38,356 bases of DNA from contig JAOPZY010000213.1 of the NCBI GenBank assembly GCA_025963875.1, positions 1 through 38,356 of the forward strand. Direction: 5' to 3'. This DNA is from Actinomycetota bacterium. Lineage in GTDB: Bacteria; Actinomycetota; CADDZG01; JAHWKV01; JAOPZY01. A program made the position numbers and the translations under genes. Shown one piece after another: positions 36,423 to 38,356 of this stretch. The notes beneath the pieces were generated by a model. It ran no database searches and was not told where the DNA came from. It worked only from the letters and a program-made list of their open reading frames with translations. The stretch's first letter is position 1. Each line of letters opens with the position of its first letter.

Positions 36423-38356
36423 ATGGCTACCCGTCTGAGCAGGATCACGCCGGACGGGCCCGGCCCCAGTCGCGTCCCCCCCCACAACCTCGAGGCCGAG
36501 GAGTCGGTGCTGGGCGCATGCCTGTTGTCGAGGCAGGCCATCGCCACGGCGCTCGAGACCGTGGCCGCCGAGGACTTCTACAAGCCGGCCCACGCGGAGA
36601 TGTTCAAGATCATGCTCGACCTCTACGCCAGGGGCGAGCCGGTGGATGCCGTGACGCTGGGCGAGGAGCTCCGGCGAGCCGGCAAGCTCGACGAGTTCGG
36701 GGGCAAGCCCTACCTCTTCACCCTGGTCAACTCCGTCCCGACGCCGGGGTCGGTTGGCTACTACGCCCGCATCGTCCAGGAGAACGCCACGCTGCGCAGG
36801 CTGATCGACGCCTCGCAGCAGATCAACGACCTTGCCTATGCCCTTCCGGACGACGTCGAGGAGGCGGTCGACCAGTCCGAGGACCTCATCTACCAGGTGA
36901 CCAACCGGCGGGTATCGGAGGACCTCGCCCACCTGAAGGACCTGCTGACCGAGAACATGGAGATGGTCGAGAAGCTCTACGAGCGGGGCTCGGCCATCAC
37001 CGGCGTCGCCACGGGATTCACCGACCTCGACGACCTGACGGCCGGCCTGCAGCCCTCCAACCTGATCATCGTGGCGGCGAGGCCCTCCATGGGGAAGGCC
37101 CTGGCGCTGGACACCCCGATCGCCACCCCGATCGGCTGGACGACCATGGGCGAGATCGAGGTTGGCGACGAGGTCTTCGACGAGCAGGGCCGGGTGTGCC
37201 ACGTGGACCACGTCTCCCCCGTCTACACCGACCACGACTGCTATGAGGTGGCCTTCGACGACGCAACGGTGATCGTCGCCGACGGAGGCCACGAATGGCT
37301 GGTGTCGTCCCGCTCCCGGTCAAAGGTGGTGACGACGTCCAGGATGGCGGCGGCGGCATCGGGCACGTCGGGGCGCCGGTGGCGGGTGCCCCTGGTCGAA
37401 GCCCTGGAGCTTCCCGAGGCTACGTTGCCCATCGACCCTTACGTGCTGGGGTGCTGGCTCGGCGGCGAGCACAGGGCGAGGGCAAAGCTGTCCGTCGCCA
37501 AGTCGGACCGGGCCCATTTCCGTTGGGAGTTCGAGCAGGCCGGGTACTCCCTGAAGAATCCCGTGACCCTGCCCGTGGGGGCGCAGCAGCGGATCCCGGC
37601 GCCGTACCTGCGGGCCTCGTTCAAGCAGCGGCTGGCACTCCTGCAGGGGATCATGGACACTGCGGGCCGGGTCCGCCGCTCCGACGGGGGTGCGGCCGAG
37701 GTGCGCCTCCTCAACCGCGAGGTGCTCGAGCAGGCCCGCGAGCTCGCGTGCTCCCTCGGACACAACCCGGGGGCCATCCGCAAATGCCGGGTGCCGCTGA
37801 AGGCGGGTGGGACGGCAAAGGGCGGCCGCTTCGCCTGGACGCCGATCGATCCGGTGTTCCGCCTCGCCCGGAAGGCGGATCGGCTTGCGGCGACGATGGC
37901 CGGCAGCAACTCGCCTCGGGTCCCGGGGACCCGCACCGTGGTGTCGGTCACGGCCGTCGCCCCGGTCCCGGTGCGCTGCATCCAGGTCGGATCGCCAGGC
38001 CATCTCTACCTGGCGGGCACGTCGATGATCCCCACGCACAACAGCGCCCTGGCGCTCTCCATCGCCCAGCACGTCGCCGCCACCGACCACCGGCCGGTGG
38101 TCATCTTCTCGCTCGAGATGTCGAAGATGGAGCTGGTCCAGCGCCTCATGTGCTCGGAGGCGAGGGTCGACTCCAACCGCCTCCGCCGGGGGGCGCTGCA
38201 GGACTCCGACTGGCCGAAGCTGTCGCTCGCCCTCGGCCGGCTCGCCGAGGCCCCCATCTTCATCGACGACACCCCCAACGCCACCATCATGGAGATGCGG
38301 GCCAAGTGCCGGAGGGTGGCGTCAAAGAGCGGCCTGGGCCTGGTGATCATCGACTA
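36423..38356 (+). CDS. dnaB: Replicative DNA helicase with intein, 3' truncated by window edge; not in ORF track
   Basis: RVPPHNLEAEESVLG, DFYKPAH, GVATGFTDLD, LIIVAARPSMGK|intein|SALAL, FSLEMS, IFIDD, LVIIDY. Start ATG 36423 or 36417. Confidence 0.96.
   Translation, partial: MATRLSRITPDGPGPSRVPPHNLEAEESVLGACLLSRQAIATALETVAAEDFYKPAHAEMFKIMLDLYARGEPVDAVTLGEELRRAGKLDEFGGKPYLFTLVNSVPTPGSVGYYARIVQENATLRRLIDASQQINDLAYALPDDVEEAVDQSEDLIYQVTNRRVSEDLAHLKDLLTENMEMVEKLYERGSAITGVATGFTDLDDLTAGLQPSNLIIVAARPSMGKALALDTPIATPIGWTTMGEIEVGDEVFDEQGRVCHVDHVSPVYTDHDCYEVAFDDATVIVADGGHEWLVSSRSRSKVVTTSRMAAAASGTSGRRWRVPLVEALELPEATLPIDPYVLGCWLGGEHRARAKLSVAKSDRAHFRWEFEQAGYSLKNPVTLPVGAQQRIPAPYLRASFKQRLALLQGIMDTAGRVRRSDGGAAEVRLLNREVLEQARELACSLGHNPGAIRKCRVPLKAGGTAKGGRFAWTPIDPVFRLARKADRLAATMAGSNSPRVPGTRTVVSVTAVAPVPVRCIQVGSPGHLYLAGTSMIPTHNSALALSIAQHVAATDHRPVVIFSLEMSKMELVQRLMCSEARVDSNRLRRGALQDSDWPKLSLALGRLAEAPIFIDDTPNATIMEMRAKCRRVASKSGLGLVIID
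37098..38042 (+). mobile_element. Class 3 intein (315 aa) in the DnaB P-loop with degenerate LAGLIDADG endonuclease
   Basis: Begins ALALDTPI, block B ADGGHEW, block F VRCIQV, ends PTHN before +1 Ser; frame is open throughout. Confidence 0.93.

Overview
High-GC window with gene order typical of Actinomycetota (inferred from synteny). It is mostly core genome: glnA-glnR, tRNA-Asp/Phe, Leu/Val dehydrogenase, purSQLFM, a CBS-citrate synthase fusion, NUDIX, deacetylase-CCA enzyme-methyltransferase, gadB, PadR-ino1, DUF5318...ponA-GT87, rpsF-ssb-rpsR-rplI and a 3'-truncated dnaB. The ORF track missed rpsR (probable CTG start), dnaB and a small membrane gene. Most notable observations: (1) a degenerate NuoH-like plus antiporter-like membrane pair, lacking the usual catalytic charged residues, inside the ponA cell-wall locus; (2) five dispersed 48-bp palindromic repeats, two of which supply the stop codons of purM and purF; (3) a class 3 DnaB intein with Cys48 and a decaying LAGLIDADG endonuclease, under a promoter with DnaA boxes and a LexA-type box; (4) two accessory insertions (6.9-9.6 kb and 33.3-36.2 kb), each next to a MITE-like element. 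All calls come from reading motifs by eye; no database searches were run.
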